Positions 13,067 through 25,673 of a stretch of 64,000 nt of DNA are shown piece after piece; position 1 is the first letter of the stretch, and every line of letters starts with the position of its first letter. A model generated the notes under the pieces. That model was not told the DNA's origin. It worked only from the letters and a program-made list of their open reading frames with translations, and did no database searches. The position numbers and the translations under genes were made by a program. This DNA comes from Polymyxa betae A26-41 (lineage: Eukaryota > Protista > Endomyxa: Phytomyxea), in contig RBZT01000632.1 of the NCBI GenBank assembly GCA_003693705.1, positions 1 to 64,000 of the forward strand, in the 5' to 3' direction.

Positions 13067-14305
13067 TCAATTAAGCCTTGCCGCTCCTCTTCCCGGACGA
13101 GAAGGCTTCGCAAAATGCTTTGGGGACTCGAATGACGAAACCCTTTCCGGATTCTTAGTCGATAGCGTCGACTTGGTAATCTCAGCTTTCTCGAATGCTT
13201 GAATTGATCGAGACACAGATATTGACTGATTCTCCAACGTGTCCATAAGGTTTCTCTTGAGAGCAGAATAGGCCATTTTATGAACTCGATCGGATCCCTA
13301 AACCATTTTCAGCAAAAAAACTAGCTAGCAGAATGCCATGATGACTTCTGGACAATAGTGAACAAGAACATTGTCTTCGTCGTTGGACATGAGAAGAACG
13401 AATCGTGGGTCATTCTCTGGTAAAGACTTGCTCAATGCATCCACATCGAAATCCGCTCCTGAAGATTCGACGATAAAGGATTCCTATCGCCACATTGAAT
13501 TATCAAAATTGCAAAGATTTATCATTATACCTGATTTTGACTTAAAGCGATAACAATGTACTTGATTTGCTTGCTTTTATAATTTGACAGAGCCGACAAC
13601 AACTCTGGGCTCTTTGACATTTCCATCTTCTGCATGGCATTTTGTTTAACAGCAGATGGTTGAGAATCCCGATAAGCAGCTTCAGCTTCCTGTTACAAGA
13701 AACTGGGATACAAGCTTGAGCGAAAACAGTTTGGAAAACCTTCTCATCCAGAGTCATAACACAAGCTAACGAGTTATTTTTGAGATGGTTCTTGAAAGAG
13801 CTCAATTGGAATTCATTGGTACTTGATATTTGCCAATCTTACAACAAATTATCAATGAGAAATAACGCTTTCCAAAGCATTTACCAGGAAGAAAATACGT
13901 TGAACCAAGCGAAACCTTCAATCCAGCCCTAGATGAAGCATACAGCTAGAAAGGAGTTCTGAGCAAAGGCAGATTTTACAACGAGGAACCAACCATTCTG
14001 AGATTGACAGATGAGGCATCAGGAGTCCAGGCCAAAACCACCCATTTCCCTTCATCCTTCAGCAATATAGTGCAAGGTTCTGTATCATTAATGCTAGATC
14101 GCAAAAGCCCAAACAGTTTCGAATCATCCTAACAGTCTCTTTCACAACATAATTTAAGTGTGGAAGCCAGCAATCCAACCGGCTCTGAAAATGTCTCGAT
14201 CAACCGGAACAGCCCGTCCTGTATGGAAAGAAGCAAGGCCCTAGAATCATTTCTATTGAAAGCAGCGGCAACATCAGAATGGACTCCGACACCGCTTTGA
14301 TTCAT
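13067..14305 (-). CDS. TWF1: Twinfilin (tandem ADF-H actin-binding protein)
   Basis: N-term MNQSGVGVHSDV; WVVLAWTPDASSVNLRMV..YASSRAGLK (ADF-H); second MAYSALK motif; C-terminal tail KHFAKPSRPGRG. Several short introns. Confidence 0.8.
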
Positions 14306-14757
14306 CACGATATTGATTGAAGGGGTCTTATGCGCAGTCCTTATCTAACCACAGGGTGTATTGAACAGTGTCGATGTTCTTTCAAGATGCACGGCCTTGC
14401 TGCACTGAATGGCCATAATCTGTTTGTCCCTGCTGCTTCCATGCTGGTTGCCCCGAATATCTTTGTATCACCAAGCTTCCACATACAGCTCTGTAGAGGT
14501 AGATGCTGTTGACTTGTCGTTTTCGAAAATGGCCTTATTTACGATTATATACATAGGTGTTGAATCTTTCGGAACAATTTTCAAAACCTAGTAGATCAAA
14601 GCAGCGTATTGAGCTGCATTAAGGGCGCTTTGAGATTTTCGTTTTTTAAGGATGTATGAGTTTACAAGCAAGCATGAACTGCATCGAACGTAACGGCGTT
14701 TGAGCTCTGCAGCATCACATATTGGCTTTTTGTCTCAATCAACTCTCATTCGACAAA

Positions 14758-15864
14758 ATGAAGGGTTTGCTTCGTGTCCTTTTCTGCCTCTTCTTGATTG
14801 CAAGCTTGTGTTATGGTCATGGGCATGGAAAGCCTATGCAGCAAGCTCAACCACCGATGCCTATGCAAGGGATATCTGCGCCACAGCAACCGCAGCAAAT
14901 GCTGAACGTTGGCCAAGTACGTCCTGGGCAGCAAGCTCCTAATCAGCCAGCCAAACCACAGATGCCGAACCAGCCAGCTCCTCAACAGCCGATTGCCGGC
15001 ATGCAGCAACCTCAGCAAAACCCCCTGCCGAACAATGCTGTACCCAATGGTGCACTGCCTAGCGCCACGCCTGCTCCTCTGTCGCCTTCCCAGCAACAGA
15101 GCGGCAGCTCATTATCGCAGATATTTACCGCTGAGCACTTCAACAAGTTAAAGGCTGTCGATCCAAACTGCCAAGGTGCTAAGCTGTATACGTATGAAGC
15201 TTTCCTTCAAGCTGCCACTACGTTGTTTCCAGCGTTTGGTACAACCGGGGATTTAACAGCCAGAAGACGTGACGTTGCAGGGTTTTTCGCTCATGTGATG
15301 CATGAAACCGGGCTTTGCTTTGTCGACGAACAGGGCGCTGCTGCAAAGAATCCACAACAATACTGTCAAGCCTCAGCACAATATCCATGTGCCCCTGGAG
15401 CTAATTACCATGGTGAAGAAATGCCTAATGACCTATTTAATATCCTAACGTATTTTCACTCAGGACGGGGACCTTTGCAAATGACTTGGAATTACAACTA
15501 CATCGATTTTGGAAAGACGCTAGGTGCTCAACAAGCTGCCGATATCTATCAACATCCCGAGCACGTTGGTGCGAGTGGCGTTCTTCTATTCCAGTCGGCG
15601 CTGTATTTCTACATGCGCCAGAATACGCCTGATTCCATGCATAATCTTTTGCTTCGTAATCCTCCAGCGTTCGGCACATCAATCAAGGTCGAGATTTCTC
15701 AACTGCTTCACACACGCCCACTTACACGTAATGGTATGCAGGTTATCAATGGAGCGCTGGAGTGCAACGGTGGGAACAGCGCCCAGGTCGCCTCTCGCGG
15801 CAAGTACTTCTCCCAGATCTGCTCCATGCTCGGTGTAGACCCTGGAAACCAGCTCACATGTTAA
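14758..15864 (+). CDS. Secreted GH19 chitinase with Q/P-rich N-terminal extension
   Basis: Signal peptide MKGLLRVLFCLFLIASLCYG; FFAHVMHETG catalytic motif; after splicing introns 15413-15463 and 15688-15741 it reads YHGRGPLQMTWNYNY and INGALEC; C-term DPGNQLTC. Confidence 0.92.
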   Translation: MKGLLRVLFCLFLIASLCYGHGHGKPMQQAQPPMPMQGISAPQQPQQMLNVGQVRPGQQAPNQPAKPQMPNQPAPQQPIAGMQQPQQNPLPNNAVPNGALPSATPAPLSPSQQQSGSSLSQIFTAEHFNKLKAVDPNCQGAKLYTYEAFLQAATTLFPAFGTTGDLTARRRDVAGFFAHVMHETGLCFVDEQGAAAKNPQQYCQASAQYPCAPGANYHGEEMPNDLFNILTYFHSGRGPLQMTWNYNYIDFGKTLGAQQAADIYQHPEHVGASGVLLFQSALYFYMRQNTPDSMHNLLLRNPPAFGTSIKVEISQLLHTRPLTRNGMQVINGALECNGGNSAQVASRGKYFSQICSMLGVDPGNQLTC

Positions 15865-16036
15865 GCCTAGTACATACTTAATGATCACAGCGTCACTATA
15901 CAGTAATGATAAACCAATAAGAGCGTTGAGAGCAACCAGGCAACGTAACATTGCAGCGTGTCATGTGCAGGGGTCATTGTGGAAGCTTCATGGTGTCCAT
16001 TGTCCATTCATTTGATCGTCTCTTGAGAAGCTGCCT

Positions 16037-17800
16037 ATGGCGGTTATGTCGAGTAATCAGTTCTTGTTGCTCTGGTTCCAAAGCATCCGATATCAATCCA
16101 TACTATTCCAATCTAAAATCGACCAGAGCAAGGCCGCCAGCGATGAAGACAACCAGAGCCAGCTTTTTCATTTGCTTAGGTGTCATTACGATGTGACAAA
16201 GCGCTCTGGACAGCTGCTCAAGAAAATGTTCGTCGTTTTGATGGATCCTATTCGGAAAGGCGGTCACGAGTCGAGAATATCTGCACTCCCTCTTGCAAAA
16301 ATGTTCGATCCAAGTCCAAACCCTCATTGTACCGTATTCTCCCTTCATATTTGGTCGAATTCCTTTCGGCGATCATCTGTGGCTATTGAATTGCTGACCA
16401 AGATGCTGTCAACATCAGCGAATAATGAAACCTTAGACGACCGCAGATACAAATTACTGCAAATGTTAATGTTGAAGTTGCTGACGGAAAACAAAGTAAA
16501 CACAGAAAGCAGATTATCATGGGCGCGATTCGAGCTTAAACTGTCAGATCTGACAGCTGATTATATTGATGATGAGCTCATGTACGTCAACCCTTCACAA
16601 TCTTTGCTACAGAAGCTTCTGCTTGGTATTCATGCCCTTTCTCACCCGAACGGCGAGACCAGTATTGATCTCAAGAAGACAGAAACGATTAATTCACTTA
16701 AAGATATCGGCGCTTTCTTTGTATCAAGCACATACTTATTAGCATTTTTGGTCCAAATTCGAGACACTCGGGTTAAACTTATCAAGCAAGCTCAGGCAGC
16801 TATACAGCCACTTCTTACACCAAACAACACCATGCTACATACTTTAAATCTGCAGATCAATGTAGAATTGCAAAGATTAATGAATATCAATTTTCCTGAA
16901 ACCACGGTTAACGACTCAGATGAAGACCAAGTCAAAATCATAAACTTCAAACAACAAGAAGCGTTTTGGAAAATCCTGAACTTTACCCCTTGGAGGGAAC
17001 TGCGTTTCAATTCCAAGATGGAATTTGGACCATGCGCCCCTGGAAAGGAAATCATCAGTCAACTATTATCCTATCTCAGCCAAAAAGAGGCCTTTGACGT
17101 CGCAAAGGCTCTGGAAGAAGCTGGCAGAATCCGCCACATCTTTATTCCGAAGTTCTTAAGTATTGATTGGAATGATTGCCTTTACTGCTGCATTGGAGAG
17201 AACTCGTTCGATCGAGATATCAGCTCAATATGTTTTCAAGAGCTTTCTGCATCCCAGATCCTAGTTACTCCTGATGAGCTTCCAGATCAGTCTAACTGAA
17301 CGAATTTTGCTCATACTAGTAAAACTGTAAACAATACAAGCGCTTCCATCAAAAGCTCGTGGCTGATTGGTTTCTGTGTTTTAGATAACAGATATCTGCC
17401 CTTACTTCTTCGAGAATCTTTGCCAATTATATCGAGATTGCTGTTCAAAAGCACCGCCAGCTTGGTAGTGGTACAAACAAAACGCCATTTCTCACTAGTG
17501 TATCAATCGATGGGAACGACCAGCGCTTGAGCCATATCATCCCCAAAGCGACATTGAACCGCTCTTTTTGTTATCCACTGTTGCCGACATGATTAGAATG
17601 GATTGGATCATAATAGTTCGCTGATCTTTGTCCATCCACAGGCAGCGCTATGTCCTTAGCGCATGGCCAGTAGCTCAGATCTATCCTGAACTTTCAGTGC
17701 CCAATAGCGGACGTGAATTCGATGGACGCCTTGACTGATGGAGCCAAAAAAGATTCTGGCCAGCTTTACTGAGCAGTGCATTCGAGCGAGAACTGGCCTT
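16037..17800 (+). CDS. Hypothetical alpha-helical protein (long first exon, further exons likely)
   Basis: 420-codon Leu-rich ORF 16037-17299 with probable downstream exons; no family recognised. Confidence 0.5.
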
Positions 17801-18190
17801 ATATCTTATGTAAAGACAACTGGCTGCCTGAACATGTCGTACAGATTTGACACTACAGTGGTTCTTTGTGATAAGAGTCTGTCTAATAAGCCCTGAACCC
17901 TGGATTGTGAACCAAATTTTGAATTATGATTCTGGACACTCGTTTGGGGGGGCCCATAGGGTTTCCCACAGTCACGTTATCATTTTTTCATGTTAAATAA
18001 GACCCTGAAGGCCTGAGAATGCCAAAACCTGAACCCTGATTAACATGACCTACTCTTATTTTCCAGAGTTTCGTATCACCAAATGAAAATAAGATACCCT
18101 ATCTGATGCAAAACGCGTGGTAACAGGACACAGCACTGAGCAGCCCTGCCTCTATCTGGTGATGATTTCGCAGATCTCCATCTGCTTGAC

Positions 18191-19691
18191 ATGTATTTGT
18201 CGCCAAGCCAGCTCGATGCGCTTCGAAACTACAAATACACGGCCGGTATGTACGGCTTCCTCGATACGGTCTTGACGCCGTTCTGGAATTGGAGTGTGAC
18301 CCTTCTGCCGCTCTCCTTAGCGTAATGTTTTGCTCTCGAAGACGCTCATGTAGTAATCTGCTGAATAGCCCGAATCTAGTTACATTGGTGGCATTATTGT
18401 GCATGGCATCGGGCTCTGCTCTGGTTGTCCTCTTAAACCCGACACTATCTGAATCTCTGCCGACCTGGGCACTTCTATATTGCTGCGCGTGTCTTTTCTT
18501 GTATCAGACGCTGGATGCAATCGATGGAAAGCAAGCTAGGCGCACAGGCTCATCGTCACCGCTTGGACAGCTGTTCGATCATGGGTAGAGACTGCTTCTC
18601 CTACAGCTGTGAATGTTTCTCATAAGTCTCTAGGTGTGATTCGGTAAATGTCACACTTTTACTCGTTATCATTTGTGGCTGCATTCGAGTTGGTGACAGC
18701 CCTTTCCTGGTTGCTGGCCTATTCGTAATCTATACAATGCCGTTTTATATGGTAATTTGTCTTCCTACTCTGCGACCAAGAGCTGAATGACATTTAGGCA
18801 AACTGGGAAGAATTTCAAACAGGTCTATTCCTTCAAACACCGCGTTCTGGAATCTCTAAGACTGTATTCCAGGCATGATGCGATTCGGTGTGATTGGCGT
18901 CACTGAAGCTCAATGTACAATGATGTTGATTCTGGTTATCACTGCTGTCTTAGGTGTTATCTCCATAGCGGCTGTTTTCTGTATCCCTAATTCTATTATA
19001 GGCGATGATATATGGCTGGCATCCGTTTTCGGTTGCAGCATTCGAAATGCTTTGGTCGGCATTGCCACAGCTGGATCGCTATTTGGCTCTTTCGAGAAGT
19101 TCGTTCTATTCCCATATCGATTCAGAATTGGTTGACTTTTTCTAGCGTCTACAAGGTGTTCTTTGATAATTCCACAACGCTCTCAAAAAGTTTCGTTCGG
19201 CGCAATGCGGTGGCTCAACTTATACAGTTCTGGCTCTTCCTTGGCTTAACAGTATTTTGGATGGTCTGTCCGTTTCATAAACAGGTCTTTCAGGTTAGAT
19301 CGGATATGAAATTGTTTCAATGTTGGTATTCATTGCTACCAGTGCCCTGCTCTGCCGCTGTTAACAGCCGGCCTTTCGTTCTCGTATGTGATCAACAGGC
19401 TGATTGTCGCTCATGTGACACACTGTGTTGAGTTTAGCGCGTGTTTATATATAATGGTCCCGCTTTGCATTGTAGGCTCCCGTCTTAGACTGTCCAATGT
19501 TCTATTGAATCTGTGGCTTTTAGCTGGCATCGCTTTCGTGGGCATCAACCGCTTCCATTTTCATTCCTGCGCTTTACCTTTTCACATTGTACATCATTGT
19601 TTTGTATTCTCATTTCGTCTACAGCATTATCAATGAGATTTGCGGTTGTTTAAACATCCGCCCATTCAAGATCACTGTTAAAGCTGACTAA
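18191..19691 (+). CDS. CEPT1: Choline/ethanolamine phosphotransferase (CDP-alcohol phosphotransferase)
   Basis: LRNYKY; PNLVTL; YQTLDAIDGKQARRTGSSSPLGQLFDHG(CD) signature; ANWEEF; GVTEAQ; multiple TM exons. Confidence 0.93.
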
Positions 19692-19825
19692 ATCCTAACA
19701 CAATACACCCCCTGTAACATCTTTAGAATCGGAAGTTGATAGTATGCTGATGACTCATGATATAAAACTTTCGATCGGAAATGATTATTCCGATCGTCAA
19801 AACTGAAAATTTCCAAGCCGTTCTC

Positions 19826-21304
19826 ATGGCCGGTGAGTATCTCGTGATGGCATTGCTGGCCATCGTTGTCCTCAACCCAATCAACGCTCAAACAGATGAC
19901 GGAACCGGCGTCCCGACCGATTTCGAAACCGACCCGAACGTTTTCACCGATCAGTGGCAAGGTGACCCCCAAATGGCTACAACGACGGATCCGTTTACAA
20001 CGACGACGACGGATCCAACGGGAGAGACGATGGCAGATCCATCGCAAACCACCACGACAACGACTGATCCAGCGCAAACGACTGGGACGGAGCCAAATCA
20101 GACTATCACAATAGATCCAGAAACTGGCGATGAAATCATCACGACGACGACGACGACGGAGGGAGACGAAGACCCTACAGCAACTGGCCCGCAGAATGGG
20201 ATAACGAGAGCTGGCGGACCGGCAACAAACTCAGCCACGCCGCCTGTCTCTTCGCCAACGCCGGCCACTTCAAACAGCGGACGATCGCCACCACCTTCAC
20301 CGGCAACTTCTGCCACGACGACGCCATCGACTGCTGTCACACCGACGACTTCGACGACGCCGACCACTTCATCGACGACACCGACACCCACTTCGACGAC
20401 TCCGGCAACGACGCCGACAACCTCGACGACACCGGCAACCACTTCGACGACCCCGGCAACGACGCCGACCACCTCGACAACACCGACAACCACTTCCACA
20501 ACTCCCGCGACGACGCCGACAACCGCTTCGACGACGCCGGCCACGAACTCGATAACGCCTACAACGGCAACGACGTCGTCCGGACCCCCAACGAGTACCA
20601 CTCCATCAGGACTACCTATGACTACAACGACGAACAATCCGGATGGGTCGGAGACCGTTACGACCACGACGACCACAGAAGAAGAAGACCCGCCGAAACA
20701 GCCCCCGAATGAAACGAACACTCCACCTGGATCACCCCAAACGCAAGCGAGTCCTCCTGACCAGGCACAATCTCAAAGCCAAACGCCCACGGGAGCGAAT
20801 GAAACAAAGACTCCACCTGGATCACCCCAGACGCAATCTCAAAGCCCAACGCCCGCGGGAGCGAGTTCGACGGCCAGTACGCCAGCGCCACCTTCGAACA
20901 CGTTCCAGCCGTGGCGCTCGATCCGGCGGAATCGACCGTTTCATAACGATTTCTTCCAGTTAGGACATCATCATCACGAACATCTATTCGACGATCACCA
21001 TCATCTCCAAGAAGATTTCGATCACGGACACGACCTGCATAATGGCTACGAGAAGGACTACGACTACGATGACGTGGACGGCTACGAGTCGGGTTACGAA
21101 GAAGGCTATGGTGATCACGAGGATCACGAGGATCATGATCACGATGATTACGAGGATCACGAGGAACCCCATCATCGACATCAACACCACGAGAACCATG
21201 ACGGCCATAATAACGGTCATCATTCGACCGAGTTGCATCACATGATGGATTCAGTGACTGACTTCGTCGACGACGCCATGCATCGACATCGCCCAATCGA
21301 CTAA
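19826..21304 (+). CDS. Secreted mucin-like Thr/Pro-rich protein with His/Asp/Tyr-rich C-terminal domain
   Basis: Intronless GC-rich ORF; signal-like MALLAIVVLNPINAQ; TTP(A/T)T(S/T) repeats; last ~115 aa dominated by H, D, E, Y and G. Confidence 0.85.
   Translation: MAGEYLVMALLAIVVLNPINAQTDDGTGVPTDFETDPNVFTDQWQGDPQMATTTDPFTTTTTDPTGETMADPSQTTTTTTDPAQTTGTEPNQTITIDPETGDEIITTTTTTEGDEDPTATGPQNGITRAGGPATNSATPPVSSPTPATSNSGRSPPPSPATSATTTPSTAVTPTTSTTPTTSSTTPTPTSTTPATTPTTSTTPATTSTTPATTPTTSTTPTTTSTTPATTPTTASTTPATNSITPTTATTSSGPPTSTTPSGLPMTTTTNNPDGSETVTTTTTTEEEDPPKQPPNETNTPPGSPQTQASPPDQAQSQSQTPTGANETKTPPGSPQTQSQSPTPAGASSTASTPAPPSNTFQPWRSIRRNRPFHNDFFQLGHHHHEHLFDDHHHLQEDFDHGHDLHNGYEKDYDYDDVDGYESGYEEGYGDHEDHEDHDHDDYEDHEEPHHRHQHHENHDGHNNGHHSTELHHMMDSVTDFVDDAMHRHRPID
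20315..20600 (+). repeat. Degenerate coding minisatellite (ACGACGCCG/ACGACACCG units)
   Basis: Encodes TTPTTS/TTPATT repeats. Confidence 0.85.
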
Positions 21305-21377
21305 AACCAACGTTTCAATAGATTCAATTTGAACGCTTTCCTCTGCGTTTGGCACAAATAATAAACCTATCGGGAAA

Positions 21378-22933
21378 CTATTGGGGTTGTATTCCATGTA
21401 GTTGGCGAGTAGAACTTTGCAGCGACTGGTCCTGAGCTTGTCTTAGGAGTTGTTGGTCCTTGTAACACATCCAAGCCACCAGCATCGTCGCAATAAACCA
21501 TAATATCAAACTGCCTGCATATTGTAATGCAATTACCACATCATCCTGACCCGATAGCACCAACCATGCCAAACTAATATGGCAGGTGCTCAAGATCACG
21601 GTCAAATTTACAAGTATCTTTAAATTCATAGAATGCAAATCGGAAGGGTTAGATATCATAGCGCCAGCAATTGCGACAGCGCCAAAAGAACACGAGGACA
21701 AAGAAAGCATTGAATGATAGATAGAGATATCGTAAACATTATAGCGACGGTCAGGATGAAATCGGTACAACCACCCAGCAGTATTGCTTCGGGCTGAAAC
21801 GAAATGCCCATCGGGCAGGATTGAGTTCCATATCACCTAAATACAGGAACCGATGACCCCATAGATTAGCATAAGCCATGCCGCAATCTTCAGTTTGCAT
21901 AAACTCATTGACGTCGAAATTGACAGTATCAAGAAAAATGATATTTAGAAACTCGAGACATCGTTCTCCGCGGCACTGCGGATTGCCATTCGACCTTCTT
22001 CGCTACTGCATCCCAGTCAAAAATATGGGAGGCTCTCTAACTGTTTTGCAATCGGTCGAATGTGCCCATGCATGTCTCTTTGGATCAGGTTGGACCACTA
22101 TATTATGAAAACTGGCTACACCCAGGACAATGACATAAAACTTCAATGTCCCTTAAGCATTCGTTTACGTAGTCCTTACTCATTTCAGAATTATCTGAAC
22201 GCTATCATGATCGAGATCCGACCTCTTTCATCAACTTCACTGCAGGTCTCGATTTTGCTTGTTCAAAAGCTATTCGAGTTTCAGTTAATTCGATTTCATA
22301 TTGAAATTGGGCACGCAAAAAAGTTTATCAGAAATCACAACACCAATCGCCGAAGGAGCGAGAATGCAGTGAAGGACCCTCGATAACTGCGATTGAAAAT
22401 TTGCTCATTAGATACTTACCATCGTCAAGTGATCCACAGATACATTTCTGATGGCGATATTCCCCAAGATTGAAAGAAGCGTCTCCCTCAGGGATGCCCC
22501 CTGAAAACGACACAACCTTCGTAAGCGATAGTACCTAAGGACATTGACGAGAGATGCCCCGAGAGCCAGGCGTGTACATGATGACAGTGCAGCTTTTTGG
22601 CTTTCGCCGTTCGTGGAGGCTGTTCTTCATTGAATGATTGAAAGGGTTGTGGGCTGCGGCCTCGAAGCTGTTCGTAAGTTCGTTACATGGCTGCGCCCCC
22701 GTCTTTTGCCAATTGTGAGTCTCTTGTTTTGTCATCCATAATCTATTCGTGACCTCGCTTTGATGAGATCAGAATCATCAGATGCTTATAGCTGACATCA
22801 TCCTGGGTCCTCCACGTCCGAAACTGCTCTCTACGTCAGCGGGCAGAATGGACCGTTCTCCGAAATTAAACTTGTTGAATCGGATCGAGGGTGGCTTCCA
22901 ACTCTCGTAAGGCTGTTGGTCGTTTAGGGACAT
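21378..22933 (-). CDS. Hypothetical multi-pass membrane protein (multi-exon)
   Basis: Last exon 21378-21836 has three hydrophobic helices. Upstream minus ORFs are plausibly spliced to it; 5' extent uncertain. Confidence 0.45.
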
Positions 22934-23407
22934 TTGAAGTAGGGGTACGTTCAAATTCTGCCGCTGCGGCTGAAAACCTGTAATAGTTTCTTACAAAATT
23001 TTTACATGAAGTTCCTGTTATCGGCGTTTGTCACTAGGTCAGGCCCGTTTGGTTCCTGCATCGCTCACATGAGAACTGAAGTCCTGGGGCCTGTCACATA
23101 ACGACGTCCGAACCTCCCATTCTGATTTAATTGTAGCGACTTTCTATGATTTTTTGGGGGGGGGGGGGGTTTGGGGGAAGATTTGATTGGTTTTTCGTTG
23201 TCGATGAATCAACAAATGGTCGGGATGATTCACCCCATGATGCATTGCCGACCTTCTAGAGCCTTCTTGATCTCAGTTGACGTGTACACTTTTTTATTTC
23301 TTCGGCAATCGAAAAGCTTTCCATCGTTGAACCTGCTGAGTGGAAATCGACACGCAGCAGACAAAGCACATCGCCGATCTTCTTTAAAAATCCCTTCGTC
23401 TTTTTCT

Positions 23408-23740
23408 ATGATGAACTACGAATTCGACCTGTCCACCGACGACTTTGTCAACGAGGATCAGTTCTTCATGGAATCCGTTGATCTGTCGGCGCTGGACGCT
23501 CTTCGACCCATGAATCCGACCCTATCGTTTGTGCAGGACCCGATTGCTTGTGTTCCTTCAGCTTTCGACTATATTCTCGAGGAGGGATCGGTGCTGTTTG
23601 ACAATGTTCGAATGTCAATGGACCAAGATCGCCTGTCGGTTGATATCGACCATGCCCTGCCTGCGACCGTGACAGCGGTCGTCGATATTCCCGCCGACGC
23701 GTTCATCAGTTTCCTGAAGACGGCACCGATCCTTTTCTAG
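23408..23740 (+). CDS. Small acidic hypothetical protein
   Basis: MMNYEFDLSTDDFVNEDQFF... Asp/Phe-rich GC-biased ORF preceded by a poly-G tract. Confidence 0.45.
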   Translation: MMNYEFDLSTDDFVNEDQFFMESVDLSALDALRPMNPTLSFVQDPIACVPSAFDYILEEGSVLFDNVRMSMDQDRLSVDIDHALPATVTAVVDIPADAFISFLKTAPILF

Positions 23741-23833
23741 ATTTTCAGCATATTACTCATTTGCAAGAATGCTGATGTACACATAATAACGTTTTCCATT
23801 TATCCCATATTAAACACCATAATTGTTTTTCGA

Positions 23834-24992
23834 TTAGTCTTCCTCTCGCTTGTTTTGAACAATCCAGGGGTGCTGTAGCGCTTCTGCAGCCGTTAATCTC
23901 TTATCAGGATCAGACCTGAGTAGCTTGGAGATTAGATTTTTAGCCTGCTCTGACCTCGGAATACATTTGGGAAACCACTGGCCTAACAATCACATTTCAA
24001 TGGGAACATTTGTTAAAATCCAAACTGTATCCAACCATAGCCTGGCAGGGTCTCCTTTCTGAATCCTTTCAAAACCGCAGCCTCGATAGTTTTATTGTCT
24101 TCTACGCAAAAAGGGTCCCTAATCGGTCCATAAAATTGCATTCCAAAGGCGAATTGAAATGCATACCAAGGACTGAATCCGAACAGCATGATAAATAATA
24201 CCACTCCGAGGCTCCACAGATCGACCTGGGTCCCATATTGCTAACAGAAATTGGCTTCGTGATTCCATCAAGAAAACGAATGTTAAATTACCTGTTTGAT
24301 TTGCTCAGGGGCCATGAAAGCCGTCGTACCCGAACGTTGGGTTAGCACGACGCCGGCCTGGCATCGTGATGCAACCCCGAAATCGATCAGCTTGACGCCG
24401 TGTGCTGTGCTCGGCTCACTGAACATGATGTTGGCCAGCTTGATGTCACAATGAGCGACACCGACGACATCATGAAGATAGACGACTGGTTGTAGGATCT
24501 GATCAAGATTCAGGGCGAGGCGCATCCGCGCTTCTTCGTGCTTACTTGGTAGAATATCGATGCCGCTTCGCTCTCAGACAACTTTCCGCCTCGGCTGCAA
24601 ATGTAGTCGAACAGATCACCGCCGTAGCAGCGTTCCGTAATCAAATAAACAAACGACGGCGAACGAATAACGCGTTCCAGGCGAACGATACCGGGATGAG
24701 ATAACGTCCCTGGTTAAGAATCAAATGCTTGCAGACATCGCCGCGATCATGACGCACCAAGGATATCGATCTCTTGGCGGTACAGCCCCATTAATATGCT
24801 GTACTTGATTGAACCTGGCGTCGGGAGCTTCAACACCTTCGCTGCATACTCCTCACGGGTTCGCCGATCCGTGATTGCATACACGGATCCAAACGCACCG
24901 GGTTCTCCGAGACATTCCCCGACTTCATATTGCAGCAGCAGCCCGGTGAATTCGTCGTCCGGTTCACAGGGTGTCGCCGGCGTCTTGGTCAT
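23834..24992 (-). CDS. CAMK/CDPK-like Ser/Thr protein kinase (no EF-hands seen)
   Basis: [58 protein letters not shown]; several introns. Confidence 0.9.
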
Positions 24993-25673
24993 CGATCGGA
25001 ACTACCGGAAATCTACAGCCTACCAATGCAGTTAACTTTGTGACGTAGGTTCTGTCGTGATTCAGACTGGGGCCTTGGGGCGGGCCCGACCCGCGCCTAC
25101 GTTACATCCAAGATTTTCCAGAGCAGTTCAAAGGACTTGTTTGTTTATGACATAGTAGAAACGACTGGATAAGCTGCACCAAGGAAGTTCTCGATTGAAG
25201 CTGCAATTCCCCGATACGGATCAGTGCATAGCAGCCCGCAAGGGTCGTGTCGGTGATGGCGAATCCAGCATGACTGTTGCCAGGACAGACCATGCCGGAA
25301 CGATTGTGAAAATATACAGGGAGGTTCGGGGGTAGCAGCCAAGCAAGTCGATTGAGGCCAAGAGAGACATTAGCTGGCACGGACAAAACCCTAGCCAGGA
25401 CAGAGCGGACACTAAGAGCGAGCCCTAACGGCCAGTCATGAGGGTTCCTTCTCGTAACAAAAGCCATTCCCGTGGTTACCGCACTTAAGTGGACTGCGAT
25501 GCCATCTATCAACCGCTAGATGAGCGAGGCGGTCAGCCATTCGTCCAATTAACGCGATAGTGGTGATTACGATCCTGGTCTTGGCGGCGCTCGCCCTCTC
25601 GCCCTTCTCAAACCGATCGAGCTCCTGTTTACCGCCCAATTACGATCATCTTGACACACCCTGGTATCCAATC

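Noticed and set aside
17890-18040. CCCTGAACCCTG-like motifs upstream of CEPT (isolated AACCCT also at ~25387, 29478, 60647)
   Set aside because: Single or CCCTGA variants rather than tandem CCCTAA; too weak to count with the intronic set.
20098-21296. Long minus-strand ORFs (Val/Gly-rich 207 aa; Arg/Asp-rich 212 aa)
   Set aside because: Antisense shadows of the repetitive Thr/His-rich gene.
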